DNA of 64,000 bases, taken from Botryllus schlosseri (taxonomy: Eukaryota). Below, piece by piece: positions 12,677 to 26,009 of the stretch. The notes below the pieces were generated by a model. That model saw only the letters and a list, made by a program, of their open reading frames with translations, made no database searches and was not told the DNA's origin. Made by a program: the position numbers and the translations under genes. The stretch lies in contig CM119371.1 in assembly GCA_051294905.1 (NCBI GenBank), positions 16,494,001 to 16,558,000 on the forward strand, read 5' to 3'. Position 1 is the stretch's first letter, and each line of letters opens with the position of its first letter.

Positions 12677-14781
12677 CATAGTGTCCTATATGGTGTCGAC
12701 ACAAGCAAATCGCACGGTTCAATGAAATTGTATCACGTCACAGTTTCCATTTGGCTACAGGCAATTTGACGGTGATTTTTGACCGACTTGCCGAGCATTA
12801 AATTTGATGAATCGGGTATCAATCGAAAGCTGACGCTGTACTGCTTGCGAAAATATAAATTTTATTCCACTCATGGCCCTGGAACCCCCACAATCTGCCC
12901 CAAATTATTCATTGTCGAGTAGATTGGCAGTGTGACGCAACAATGATGTTTGGCGAAACGAGAGACTAGCTCAAGAGCAAGGATGCGGCCGAGCGGCGAG
13001 AGTGGGATCAGCTGACGTCGCGGCAATAGCAATGTGCAGCCGCGCCACAGAGAAACGCTGCGCTGTTGATTCTTTTTCTATGCGTTTCGGTACAATATTG
13101 CGAGCACACACCAGCCTTTCCTTGACTTGTAAGGGTAGAACTGGGTCCACGGAATGTATTAGGGCCCTACCAATTTTCGCGCAATATCCTTCAGCTGATA
13201 GAGATATGTAGGCTACGTCTAAGTAGTCTACTCTACATTGGATATGTCAGATTAATATGATATCGATTGCCTTAGCCCGCTTGTTGCGTAGGGCTCCAGA
13301 GATGCGTGGCGCTGTTGATACTTTTTCTATGCGCTTCGCTAAAAGCGAGCACACACCAGCCTTTCCTTGACTTGTAATGGCAGAACTGGGTCCACAGAAT
13401 GTATTTGGTCCCTACCAATTTTCGCGCAATCCTTCAGCTGTTAGAGATATTTCTAGTAAGAAAAATATACTTTCAAGTAATAAGATTCACTCAAGACAGC
13501 AAATTTAGATAATGTAAATATATCATATTGTAGTAATACAACTACAGTGTTGAGTTTTCACTCTGGTCCCCATAAGCACCACGTCGGTGACCTTGCCAAA
13601 TTCCGAGATGGCGAAAAAGTGCAAACTCTGTTGGGCCGAATGGACAATGGACATTAAGTTATTCACAGATGCGAAAAAATACTGCAAATCCGTTTTACGT
13701 AAGTTACATTAGGAATATATATACAGGCTACAGAATGAATATAATTCAAATATCTGTGATACCACTGTATTACTTTTGACGCAAAAGGTCCCCGGCATTC
13801 AAAAAAACTATTTGGTGATTGAAAAATGCTAAACCAAATTCCAACGTCAACGTTTATAGTGATATCAGATATATTCCAGTGAAAAACAAAGGTATGAGTT
13901 TGGTGGTAACATTTTGGAATCATTTGGCAGGTATGGCCCGCAAGCTTTCTAGTAACGGATTGAATCCGGACAGCGATACCAGTTTAATTCGACACTCCTG
14001 CTGTTAAACTTTATTCAACAATCAACATTTTACCTGCTGCATTCGCGTTGCATTCGATCAAATAAAAGCTTGTAATGTATGCTCATGCTCAATGCTCCTT
14101 GCTCACACTTAACCATAAAAGCGACTATAGAAAGTATCGACACCCGCCATCAACAGCGCGACGTGTCTCTGGAGCCCTACGCAACAAGCGGGCTAAGGCA
14201 ATCGATATCATAATAATCTGACATATCCAATGTAGACTACTTAGACGTAGCCTACATATCTTTATCAGCTGAAGGATATTGCGCGAAAATTGGTAGGGAC
14301 CAAATACATTCTGTGGACCCAGTTCTACCCTTACAAGTCAAGGAAAGGCTGGTGTGTGCTCGCTTGTACCGAAACGCATAGAAAAAGTATCAACAGCGCA
14401 GCGTTTCTCTGTGGCGCGGTTGCACATTGCTATTGCCGCGACGTCAGCTGATCCCACTCTCGCCGCTCGGCCGCATCCTTGCTCTTGAGCTAGTCTCTCG
14501 TTTCGCCAGACAGCATTGTTGCGTCACACTGCCAATCTACTCGACAATGAATAATTGGGGCTAATTGTGGGGGTTCCAGGGCCGCGAGAGGAATAAAATT
14601 TATATTTTCGTAATCAGTGCAGAATCAGCTTTCGATTGATATCCGATTGATCAAATTTAATGCTCGGCAAGCCGGTCAAAAATCACCGTCAAATTGCCTG
14701 TAGCCAAATGGAAACTGTGACGTGATACAATTTCATTGAACCGTGCGATTTGCTTGTGTCGACACCATATAGGACACTATG
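12677..14781. mobile_element. Non-autonomous foldback element with ~620-bp TIRs, possibly P-superfamily (Galileo-like)
   Basis: Termini CATAGTGTCC.../...GGACACTATG; 7-bp TSD gtttcag; empty site in copy 1 (~6641); no ORF. Confidence 0.9.
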
Positions 14782-15425
14782 GTTTCAGTATTACTTGATA
14801 TATTTTTCTCCGTTTAAGACACTGGTTCTTCAACTTTTTACACTGATGTTCAAATCTGAGGTTCATTGACATCTCGCGGTCCAAGTCACACATTGGTCGG
14901 GTTGCATAGGATTGCTGGTCTCCTTTTCCATTTAATTTGAGTCGCCTTTTAAAAAGATTGTCGACCACCGCTCTACGCGCAACTGGGACGCAGTGTAATA
15001 CAATGTTTATACCACAACTTGTTGGTACTATTCAAACTTCTAGAACTAGATTCAAGCATTTGAGGCCCCTACTTCGCACTCTGTATTGTTGACTTGATCG
15101 AAAAATATTCAAATCGCAAGAACGAATTGCCACTTCTGGAAACGAGTAATGTTAATGTTCTGTCGGGCATATAGCTAGTTCGGAATGTACAGGAAGATAT
15201 GGGCTAAAATGTTATCGTTCCCGAAATAACTATATAACCCTCCTTCGGACAAAATTTTCAAGAATCAGTATAGATATTGGCGATTCAAGGTTTTTCTTAT
15301 TTTTCTGTTTAATTTTCTATCTTTTTCATACCATAATGAAGTGAATGACAGGAAGATTAAATTCCCGCACTATCTACGAATTCTGTAAAATTTGCATATT
15401 TCACTGAAGCGTTTACAGGATAGAG

Positions 15426-17952
15426 CAGTGCTCTTCAACCGGGGTGGTCGTACACCCTAGGGTGTACCAGAATTTGCAAAGGGTGTACCACTCGGATGGG
15501 GTGTACAGGGGTGTACCAGATCCGAATTACAATGAGCCGATGGCTAGCTATCACAAAGGCAGGTTTATGGGTCAGGACAGGTTGACGCACAGGTTAATGA
15601 GCATGCAGCACCGTAACTGCCACGCCCCAAACCCTCCAATTGGGGGGGGGGGTGAGCTCGAAGGGGGCCCCAAATTATTTCGTGAATTAACATAAATTAT
15701 AGCGTATTTTTTTAAAATTTATGCAATTTTTTCCAAAATTCCAAGTTGGCAATTATGTTCATTATTTGATACTCTTACCCCAAGAACAAACACGCAACAT
15801 TTATAGAAATGGACATATCGGCGTTGGCCATTAACACGTCACCACGCACCAAGATATATAATGATTTAGTACTTATTACATGCGACTCCAAGAAGTGTGC
15901 CAGAACGATCGGCAGCGCGAAAAGCTTGGCCGAAACGGACTGCCCTTACGCAGACCGAAAACTTCGTTATATATACCAAATAATAGGTTAAATTGTCCAG
16001 AGGCGCCTAAATGACTGGCGCCATATGTTCCTGTCTTGGCAATCTGAACCTCAGAAGACAAATACCATCCAGCAAGAAAAAAATATATGCCAGTGAAGAA
16101 ATACCAATTTGAAATCGTGTGCGTCTTTTAGTTTAGTACGTTAGAGCAATTTTATATTTTTGATATATCAGACAGGAGGTCACGAAATAAAATCATGTAA
16201 CGAAGTCATACCAACGGGTCCGCCCACCCGAAAATGTTTAATTATTATTTATGGGCCCTACAGTTTCCGGTAAATCTGATAACATGAGCAGAGAGGACAA
16301 GATATTGATAGCAATATATATGCAATGCAATCTTATTGGCCGATTGTATCATGAATTATCGAAAATTTTCGCGCTTCGAGCTGGCACACTAAACAGTGCA
16401 GCAAATTTCTCGACAAAAGCGAACACTGTGATGAGGGGTCGGTTTATCACCCTATGAGAACGCAAAACCCAAGTTATTGTGGGGGGGGCGGGGCTGACGA
16501 AGTGCTGTTTAGTTCCTGCCAACGGGTATACGCCCAAATATGTCTAATTATTATTGGGATGTCCTACAATTTTAAAACAGACTTCGCTCAGCTCTACCGG
16601 TAAATCTGATTACGTGAGCAGAGAGAGGATCAAAATTGATAGCAATATATATGTAATTCCCGATCATATTGCCCGATTACATTCTTGAATTACTGAAATT
16701 ATTCGCGCTTCGCGCGCCTAGGCGGGAAAAGCGGTCTCACATAACGTACACCCAGTGGAGATGTGAAATAGCGTCAAAAAGCGGATAGCCAAGGGGGGTC
16801 TGGGGGGCGAAGCCCCCCATAAGTTAGGTTTATCACCCCATGGGGGCCCTAGGCCAACGATTTGGGGGGAGCTGACGAAGTGATGTTACGGCCCTGTGAG
16901 CATGGTACGATGTTATCTCAAGTGTAATACTGTACACCGTTTGATTGTGATGTCATAAGCACAAATCGCCCGTAATCATTTAGCCGTCGGCAATAGACCA
17001 ATGGCTCCGTTTGGTGTTGGAAAGTATGCAGTTAACAAACATGTGTTCAGCTAGTCATTTGTCTTTTAGTGATTTTTGAGGAAACCGCCGCGATAGCTCA
17101 GACTTCTTGAATCGGTACTTCATACCCGACGTTAATAAATACCGCAATGAAAATAAAAAAGTGACGTAGCGAGCCAGGGTCGAAACAGCATCCATGATGA
17201 AATCGAAACCCTTTTGTTTTAAAATGCCGATGTTATGTCCAATATTTCGCCATACATTTGTAATTTAATATTTTGTTACTAGTGATGCAAATTAGCGACA
17301 ATAGACTGTGTATAGCAACATAGGATCTGAGGTTACTGACATCTCATGCAGCCCATGTGCTTCTGTCGACTGTGTGTGGTGTGGGGCAGGCCTGATACGC
17401 AGTAGGCTGGTGCGCCTGCTATCATCGCTGATCTGAATTACCGCTTCTGCAGCAGTAGCTTTACCTATTCTCCCCCAATACTGTTACATTTAGGTTGATT
17501 ATCGTTCGTAATGTCATGCTGTTTTGGGGCTGACACGAAATAAATTCCAATTTGCGTGACAGGCGGCCTAACTGGCGGCGAATAGACTCTGTGACCAAAT
17601 ACTATTTTATTCAAATCCAAATTTTTGACGGCAATAACTCCGCTTCTACTGGTTGGAATTGAACCAAATTTGAAGAACATCGTTTTTATAGACAACATAA
17701 TACTTTCATCGGGTGAACAGAAAAATTTCAAATTTTTCGTTATTTATTTTTTCCGTAGCAATGCGGCTACTGGTTGGAATCGAACCAAATTGGGTGTGTA
17801 GGCTTAAATTAGGTAACCTAACAATTTTATCAAGTAGCCAGTACGATTTTAGAAAAAAAGTCATTTTTGAAGACCCCTAATGAACAGGGGTGTACGAGTT
17901 TTGAGCAAACGTTAAAAGGGTGTACCACTCCGAAAAAGGTTGAAGAGCACTG
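15426..17952. mobile_element. hAT MITE containing a nested insertion
   Basis: TIR CAGTGCTCTTCAACC/GGTTGAAGAGCACTG; TSD ggatagag; empty site in copy 1 (~7520). Confidence 0.92.
15606..16896. mobile_element. Nested hAT-like element, CAGGGCCGTAAC family (inverted relative at 31565-33575; fragments near 61.5 kb and 62.7-63.3 kb)
   Basis: TIR cagcaccgtaac/gttacggccctg; TSD tgagcatg. Confidence 0.88.
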
Positions 17953-18206
17953 GGATAGAGCATATTGAGAGTCTTATATGAACGCCAACCGCCGAATTGC
18001 GCAGGTTCGCACACTGAAAACGAACTCGAACACACTCTTAGCGCTATGTCTATATCATCGATGCCTGAATCGACTCGGTAAACCCGTTAAAAGGAGGCAT
18101 CAGCGTGGATCGGTGACATTATTTCCTAATATTTCTCCATAATGATTCTGTTATGAACAAAGGTGTTCGATTTTATAGGTTTAACAAATATTTCATTATG
18201 TTCCAG

Positions 18207-18308
18207 AGCTGTATGGCCACATGCCATCTCCTCGACCTCGAACTCAACCTCCAGCTCCACCTCCACCCCCACCTCTACCTCCACCTCTAAGAGGGATCGA
18301 ACACAGCG
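18207..18308 (+). CDS. Internal exon, polyproline module copy 3, ELYGHMPSPRPRTQPPAPPPPPPLPPPLRGIEHS
   Basis: ttccag| ... |gtaaga; 102 nt, phase 1-1, no stop. Confidence 0.75.
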
Positions 18309-19816
18309 GTAAGAATACAACGTAGGCTATACCTGGTAGGTTAAACTACGACTTGCTACTTTGTGGCTCACATTTTATAGGGCCCATGCAGGCTAATAGA
18401 TATTGACATCTCCGAACTTCAAATGTACAAATCAGATGAGCAGTTGTTTGATACTAACTTCTCTCCATCCAGGAGATCTGTAACTTTCTCTAGAGCTGGA
18501 GCACTGATTTCTTTGTAATGGTCGTGACAAAATGGAGATAAAAATTAAGTTACAGGTTAAACTACTCCCTAGCAATGTATAAAGCTCAGTGGCTCTTAAC
18601 CGGTGGTCCATGGAACACTAGAAGTTCCACGAGCCCTCTGGGGTTTCGCGGAGCTCATAAACTCAACTAAAACATACGATTTATGGTGATAGGCTCGTTT
18701 TAGTCATCGTTCATTGCAGGCAAGTACTACCAATCAGTCTTCTGATTGTGACTGCTGTGGGTGCTGCGTCATCTTGCAGTGGCGTACGCTGGTGAGGTGA
18801 GCGTTTGAAACCTAAACCGTGACCCACTGAAATGCCAAATCAATCTCCAATATTCATAAGCTCATTTGTAATTAGGTTGTTGGTATCACGTTGTTGCGTT
18901 TCGACTGAACTATACGATGAAGCTTTTCAAGGTGTAAACTCATATTTCTGAATTAGTATCTGAAGGGAACAACAGAAGTTGCAGTGATTTGCAATAACAA
19001 CTCAATATAATGTTTTCGTTGTGTGTGAAAATCACATGCTAATGGTTTAATTGTTTTTGCACTGTGATGATCCACAGTTTAATTTGTACATCTGCAATCT
19101 ATTAGATGTGTAGTCGGGTGCGTGTTGTTTTTATAACTCATCCAAAATTTGGGGTTCCGCGAAGGCGTGAAGATTAGCGTAAGTGTTCCGTGGGTTGCTC
19201 AAGGTTAAGAACCACTGATATATCTTGAATGTTAACATTGTAAACGACAATGTTAAACATCATATGTTGACCTGTTTTTTTGGTAGCATACAGCATATCT
19301 CACTTGAGCTAGTCTCAAAAGTCTCAGATTCTCTTACTCGTCGATTCACTAATGCAGTGGCTCCCAAACTGGGAGGCGCGCCCTCCTTTGAGGGCGTGAA
19401 AGCATCTGAAGAGGACCGCAATGCTATGGTCAACTAGAATTTATTTTGCGCTCCGACCTATTTACCTCGAGTTCGTAGTTATTGCTCTGTGTATATAGTC
19501 CAAATTTAATATTTGAGAATTCTCACATCAACATTCATAACAGTCCATGCCATTAAACTATTCATTGGTTTGCAGTTTGTGATATGTCGATAAGTGGCTC
19601 AAAATTTCTCATCATCATAAATCGGGACGTGTCTAAAAAGTTTCGAAAACCACTCCACTAAACGATCGAAAAAATAGAGAGGTTTTTGGCGCAAATCGCA
19701 GGTATTGTGATTATGTTAGTTAGAAAAGAATCCCTATTATTCGAAATTATCAGTTCGTCCGGAATAAGATGTGTATTTATGTATTCTATTCAAAATGTTT
19801 ATTTTTAATGTATCAG

Positions 19817-19888
19817 ATACTGTTGACGATGAGGAGTATTATCCCTTTTACGAATATCCTACTGCAGGAGAATTCCAACCTGACAATG
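19817..19888 (+). CDS. Internal exon, acidic and Tyr-rich, DTVDDEEYYPFYEYPTAGEFQPDN
   Basis: tatcag| ... |gtgaga; 72 nt, phase 1-1, compatible with the neighbouring exons. Confidence 0.7.
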
Positions 19889-21028
19889 GTGAGAATTTTA
19901 GTTATAGTCAAGCATTTTAGAATTTATTGGACGATTAAACCGAATATTTGTTCATTCTTGTATAAAATACGATTGATTTAACTCAACAAAGCACAATTCC
20001 GAACTTTCAGTAGCATTTTCAATAGACAACGTCAAAAGCTTATGCTTCCTAAGGATGGGTATATCCTATCACGACAATCTGAACCAGGGGGGCAACCTTT
20101 TCAGCCAACGGGCAAAATGAGATTTGGGAACCATTGCGTGGGCCACTTGAGTGTTTATGTTAATGTCACTTGCATATATTGCGGGTCGCCTCTGTATACC
20201 GTTGATCCCATTTGGCAAGCACGAGATTATTTGGCGCTTGGACGTATCAAAATCGAACATTTCGGTAAACATGCGTTTATCAATTTGTGCAAAGGTTTCA
20301 TCATCGACGACCTTTCAGTGAATGCAGACGCCAAGTCATAATTCCGAATATAGTTCAACTTGATGTTGTATATTACGCCTATTTTTTATTTCTTATTTTC
20401 GGAAGAGGCACCAATACTAAAAGCAAGAAACTGAATAACCCTAAAACGAGTGAAGTGCTAAGACAAATATTAAGTCCTATAAATCTGCCACGAAGCATTC
20501 TATTTTATGGTCATATATACAAAGATCAAAAGAAAATTGTGGCCGGCAACGCCAATGCGTCGGAATTGAAATTGTAGTCATCAACATCCCAAATTTTCTG
20601 TTCAGGCTGATCAATTTTTAGGTTTGCCTTGCAAGTTCACAATAAATTACCTGGATAAGTTTTTGTTTTGATATTATAGCTATAATCGAGAATTACCTTG
20701 CGGGAGGCCATCAAAACCTTCTCGCGGGCCACATTTGGTCCGCGGAGTACTGGTTTGCCGCCCCTGATCTAAACCAACCCAAAGTAGGTCGTCAGTGCAA
20801 AAAGCAAACGTTAACGTCTATCATCTCTCTTATGCACGAAAAGTCACCTACCGGGTTTCGGGGGTAAGTCTTGACTGCTCAGAAAAATCCACGAATAATA
20901 TACTGGAATGGTATATGGGGGATATCGATTTGAATGCGATTTATCATGTTCAGAATCGCCGTTTAAAATAAGCGATCCATCGCACTTAAGCCAAATTTCA
21001 CAAAATCCAAGTCGCAATTGCAAAAATG

Positions 21029-23397
21029 CAGTGGCGGCTCGTCCTATAGGGCAACTGGGGCATTGCCCCACCCAAAATTCTGTTCAATAACAATTTAACC
21101 ATTCATAGACGCACAGCAATCAATATATACCGAGATCACAGTGAAACCCGCGTTCTTCTTGTGCTTTCGCTTGCAAACGCCCATACATAGCGAAGTCTCT
21201 GCGAAAATCGAATTCTCTTCTGTGTTTTCGCTTTGTGAATGCCTAGCCGGGGCTTGCCCCGGTAGCGCTCATAACAAGCTTTCACTATCTATTCTCTCAA
21301 AGCCGCGCACAATAAAGAAACGGTGATTTACTCTCTCCTATTCGTAAAATGGCCGAGCAACCGGGGCAAATATGCCTACTCGCCCCTAAGGTGTGATGTA
21401 ACAATCGTATCTATATCTGAACTCGGTTACCGTAATATGCGTTGAGTCGACCTTTGCTGGTATAGGTCGATTTTGACGGTGTTTCGCACCATGATAATTC
21501 TTGAAACTTGGTATGATATGTCGTGAAGGTAGTATTGAACACTGCTCCAAGTTTCAGGCTTGCTACTTAAAGATAATGGTAGTAATTCCGTTTCCGAAGT
21601 TCAGTGTGTGCTGATCTATCATGTACATAGTACAGCAAACAGATTTTACTCAAAAGCCGGTATTGGTCTCCATTGATTTTGACGATGTTCTATACCCAGA
21701 TCGGTCATGACATTTGGCACGGTAAGTGTTAGTATCGACCGCTGTAACAAGTTTTAAGTTTGTCACTGAACTATGTGGGTGGTAATTTCGTTTCCAAAGT
21801 CGAGTAAGAGCTGACTCTTCATTTATCGCCAACAAATTTACGCAAAAGCCGTTATTGGTCTCTATTGATTTTAACGATGTTCCATACCTAGATCTGTCAT
21901 GAGCTTTCACACGGTATGTCTTGATTTTAGTATCGAACGCGGTGCCAAGTCTTAAAGTTGACACTCAATGATTGAGGCAGTTATTTCGTTTTCGAGGTCG
22001 AGTATGGTAGAGATGCGCGCTGATCTGATACTTAGCCTACCTACGTCATTGCGGATCTCACGCAAAAGCCGGTGTCGGTCTGTGCTAATCTATAGTCTGC
22101 GTTCCATAACGAGATCGGTGATGATATTTCCAATGGTATATCTCGATGATCGCATGAAACAGCTAACCAAGATTCTCGGTTTGCATTCAAATATTCACAT
22201 AATTTTATGTTCGCCAATGTCCATTTCACTGTGAAATTGTGGCCTTCAAACCATTTGCTTACAATCCCCTGTCAATTGCGATAGCTATTTCATTTTCGAT
22301 GTCGGCTAACAGCTGATCATTCGATCAGCCTATTCCTCGATCTATTTTACTCAAAGTTCGGTGTTCGTCTGTTTGCATTGATTTTAACAGTGTACCATAC
22401 CGGAATGGGTTATGAGATTGCGTATGCTACTTCCCGATGATTTCTTGTAACAGTATACTAAGTTACGGCTTTTATTCATGTATTTATTGATTAATATATT
22501 TTCCAACGGCGATTTCGCAGCAGACTTATAGACAGTAAGCCGTATGTGTTGTGTCACAGTCTCCAGTTTCAAGCCCAAAATGTCCTACGTTGTTCCGAGA
22601 CCGAAGTTCCGAGGCTGCTGTCCTTAGTTCTTCAAAGACCATTCAAATTGATGTTCTGGATTCAATATAACAGGCCCAATCTATGAGATAACAATTGCGT
22701 ATGTGTCCGAACTCGTTGACCTTTCCAGTTAGGCTTACGCAATCTCTCGAGTTCTAGTCATTGGAATTAGTCAGGTCAAGTCAAGTGCGAACATGAATCG
22801 TATTGAATCTTTATTCCGTACGTAGTTTACGCAGTTGCCTTTAGAGCGAAAATGAGAGGTCTAGAAGTTGTCAAGTCTATTGATCCAATCGTACGCCGGG
22901 TGCCTCCGCTTTGGTTGCCTATTATCACGTGGTCGTAACCAGAGATGGCCACAGTCCGGTTCAGGAGCCGGAGCAGGATTTCAATGTTTTTTTACCTGGC
23001 CGGACTGGATCCGGATTTCGAATTTGGGGTGACGGTCCGATTTTAGGGTCTATCGATTTGCGTAATCTATAACTCTACCATGAAATCAAAACGCATGCTA
23101 CTAAGGATGACCTGATACTTGATTCGTGGCATAGGGACGATTCTTAGTTCACGTACATTTTGTAAAATAATCCTTTGATTAAAAATAAATGAATAAAGCA
23201 TTTGTTACCACACTTCAAGTCACGGCTCACCGGCAAACCTCTCGCGGCACCTACGTTAAAATCACTGTTGTCGGGAAATTCATGTGACCATCATAAAGTT
23301 ACTTTTTTACGTTGGAAAACGCCATTGTGACGTCATGTTGATAAAAGTCGCTCGCAGCCCTTGCCCCACCACTCGATATTGTCACGAGCCGCCACTG
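21029..23397. mobile_element. hAT-like non-autonomous element with internal ~190-220 bp tandem repeats (copy A)
   Basis: TIR CAGTGGCGGCTCGT/ACGAGCCGCCACTG; TSD caaaaatg. Confidence 0.92.
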
Positions 23398-23950
23398 CAA
23401 AAATGCATCATAGTGAGAAGTTGATCGCAGGATCGTTTCCATTGATTACTACAAATCTGCGGACATCTTTTTTGTATGAAAGGACAGGGCAACCGATTGG
23501 CGGCATAATTAACATTCCTAAAACATTTGAGAATCGGGATTTAATATCTGAAAATTAAGATACCATCCCGCGTTTCTTATACTCACTCAATACCAGACTT
23601 GTACAAACTACCGAGCTAGTTAGTTGACAGTCAACTAACTACTGGTTTTTTGAGTAGTTCTAGTTGCGAATTTGGAAAAGTGATAAGTTTTAGTTCTAGT
23701 TCCCATTTAAAAAAGAAATTCAGTTGTGGAAAAACTGGAAAACACTTGTCGTCGTTTGGAGGGAATAGTGTACCAGTGTTATTGAGTGTGATGTTATTGC
23801 AGGCATTTCCAGCTCGGAGTCATCACTACTACCAGTGGCAATAGGCAAGTTTTGGGGCTCGGAACTCTTCCTATTTCAAACATTTAAATGTCATATATCC
23901 GATAATCTGAATCTTTGCTTCATTCCAATCGTAACATTGATTCATTTATA

Positions 23951-24786
23951 CCGGGGATGGCAAACCTGCTTTATGCGAGAGCCTCATACTAAAGATCTTA
24001 GTTTCCAAAGAGCTCCAACACAAAAGTTCTAAAATACGAATTTATTACGTCACAATAAAATGTACGCTATCGAATAGAGTTTATTATTGTATGTTGATAC
24101 GGGGCGTCGCCACCTGGGCTACAAGGTATTTTAAATCGGGCTGATATGTGGTCAAAGCAGTGTGTAGCACTTCCTTCAAGAGCTGCAGGGAATTTAAGGA
24201 AGATTTCACCTCGGTAGTTTTATTACTCCGTAAAACTGTCTTCGTTGGGTAACTCGCGGCAAAGTCTTGGTTTCGTAATTTCGCTTTAAGTTACTAGATT
24301 TGTAATTATTGAGCGGATCTCAACAGACATAGCACACTGAAAGCAAACTCTCTTCAAGCTTTACTTTCTTGTAATGATCTCTCGGTGACATTTTTGGCCA
24401 AACTTTGCAGTTATTGCGAGCCTTTAAAGTACAAATCGAAAGGCCGTATTCACCATTGTTAGCCCGACAATAATCGGAACGTGCGCTACCGTCAATAATT
24501 TATCGAGTTCATTATTGAACACGATGTTGTAACATTGATTGATGACCAATGAGACCAATGGGTTAGAGAGTTCAATTGCTAAGTTCGATCCCTGCTGTGA
24601 CACCCTCCCCTAAAGTTTACAAAATTAAACCACAAGGAAAGAAACATCACGAAAGCAATACGCACAGCGTCAATATCTGATAAATGCATTAATGTATAAC
24701 CAGGTTAAACATCCCTAGCCGACTGGCATTCATTGAAGAGCCGCAATCAAAGGCTAAAAGAGCCGCAGTTTGCCCCCCCCCCCCCG
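23951..24786. mobile_element. hAT Charlie/SPIN-like deletion derivative
   Basis: Ends cggggatggcaaacc / gtttgccccc..cg; TSD atttatac/acttatac; minus-strand remnant KSSNLKRNYETK resembles the NLKRHY motif of SPIN/GTF2IRD2-type transposases. Confidence 0.65.
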
Positions 24787-25153
24787 ACTTATACATATTC
24801 GAGGATATGGCTTCTCCCTACTAACTAAAGAATAAATCGTTCGGAATACAATAGCAAAAGGAATTGATTTCGCAACAATATTTTTCGTGAATCAAGTTGA
24901 ACATGATTAATCGCCCAAAACACGATTGCGTGCGTACTCAAATTGAATAATATTTACTTGAAATTGTCTTCATTAATGTAGAAATGTTTGACAAGATCTT
25001 GAAAATTTATCTCGCGTTACTGGCAATTTTATTTTTGCGATTGAATGGGACATAACGGGCTTCTAGATGCGCGCTCAGAACCTATATTTACTGAAATAAT
25101 AGAAAGTCAGTAGGCCTATAACTCTACTATATAGTTGTATTTTAACCCTACAG

Positions 25154-25230
25154 GTGATGACTCCCCAGAAGACCTGTACGAGGCTGTCGAGGAGGACAGC
25201 GCAATCTATTCGGATCTTAATTGCAATTGA
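25154..25230 (+). CDS. Terminal coding exon GDDSPEDLYEAVEEDSAIYSDLNCN* (ITAM-like double Tyr motif)
   Basis: ccctacag| acceptor, phase 1, TGA at 25228-25230; AATAAA downstream at 25674. Confidence 0.7.
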
Positions 25231-26009
25231 ATACGAATCAGCGTCTCTACTTTCGAAATTACAGCGACCAGCTATGTGGCGTTCGAGGGATTCGCTCCCA
25301 CCCACGTATTAAACATTTCGACAATCCTGGCCGTAAAATTAAATGTCCCACAGAAGTACAAATCCCTAGACATTACCAACGGCCGTCTTGATTTCGTAGC
25401 TAATGTAAGGTCCGACCAGAGTACCAGCGTCACCTTTGAATTTCCCTATTCTGTGTTTTTTGTTTTACTTTAACCGTGAATCCGGTTGAAAATTTGGAAT
25501 GTGTGATCGGAAATTTGTAAATATGCATTTTGACAATGATGTGACGTCAAACTCCATCATCCGGTAACTTGTAATGGTCGAAATCTCAATTTGACCCATG
25601 GACACGTCACAGTATATTTCCTGTTCGTATTCTATATACGTGTATCAACTCTGTATCAATTTATGGAACTTTTAATAAATATATACCGAGATAGAATATA
25701 CTGGTACCCTTCACTACCAGTTCGTCGGGGTCAACCCCAGTGTTTCTTCCTATACACGAGTGTTTGAGGTTTATCTTTGCTCCTCAGTGCCCATTAGGCA
25801 TTACTCGGGCTACGCTGCGTTGACTCTGCGTATGCTTTGCGAAGACTACAATAGACTCAACAGTAAACACGGACGTTGTAGTTTAGATCGGTATTATTGA
25901 ATATCCATTCGGGCATCAGCGAATCAGATGTTATACAGCAGTGCGAGGAATATTATTTGAAATACATTACTGCATAGCACAGTGATTCATATGCGCAACA
26001 TGGGTCAGT

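Larger units (their letters stand above)
667..19414 (+). repeat. Tandem segmental duplication with structure A-B-A-B-A (A ~667-2088, B ~2089-7556; copy 2 ~7557-17990; third A ~17991-19414)
   Basis: The anchor CCGAATTGCGCAGGTTCGCA recurs at ~668, ~7559 and ~17992 with colinear downstream sequence. Copy 2 has a ~2 kb deletion (junction ~8892) and three private insertions. Confidence 0.95.

Noticed and set aside
24550..24605. tRNA-like A/B boxes (gaccaatgggttaga...gttcgatccc)
   Set aside because: Too short and no cloverleaf; at most a decayed SINE head.
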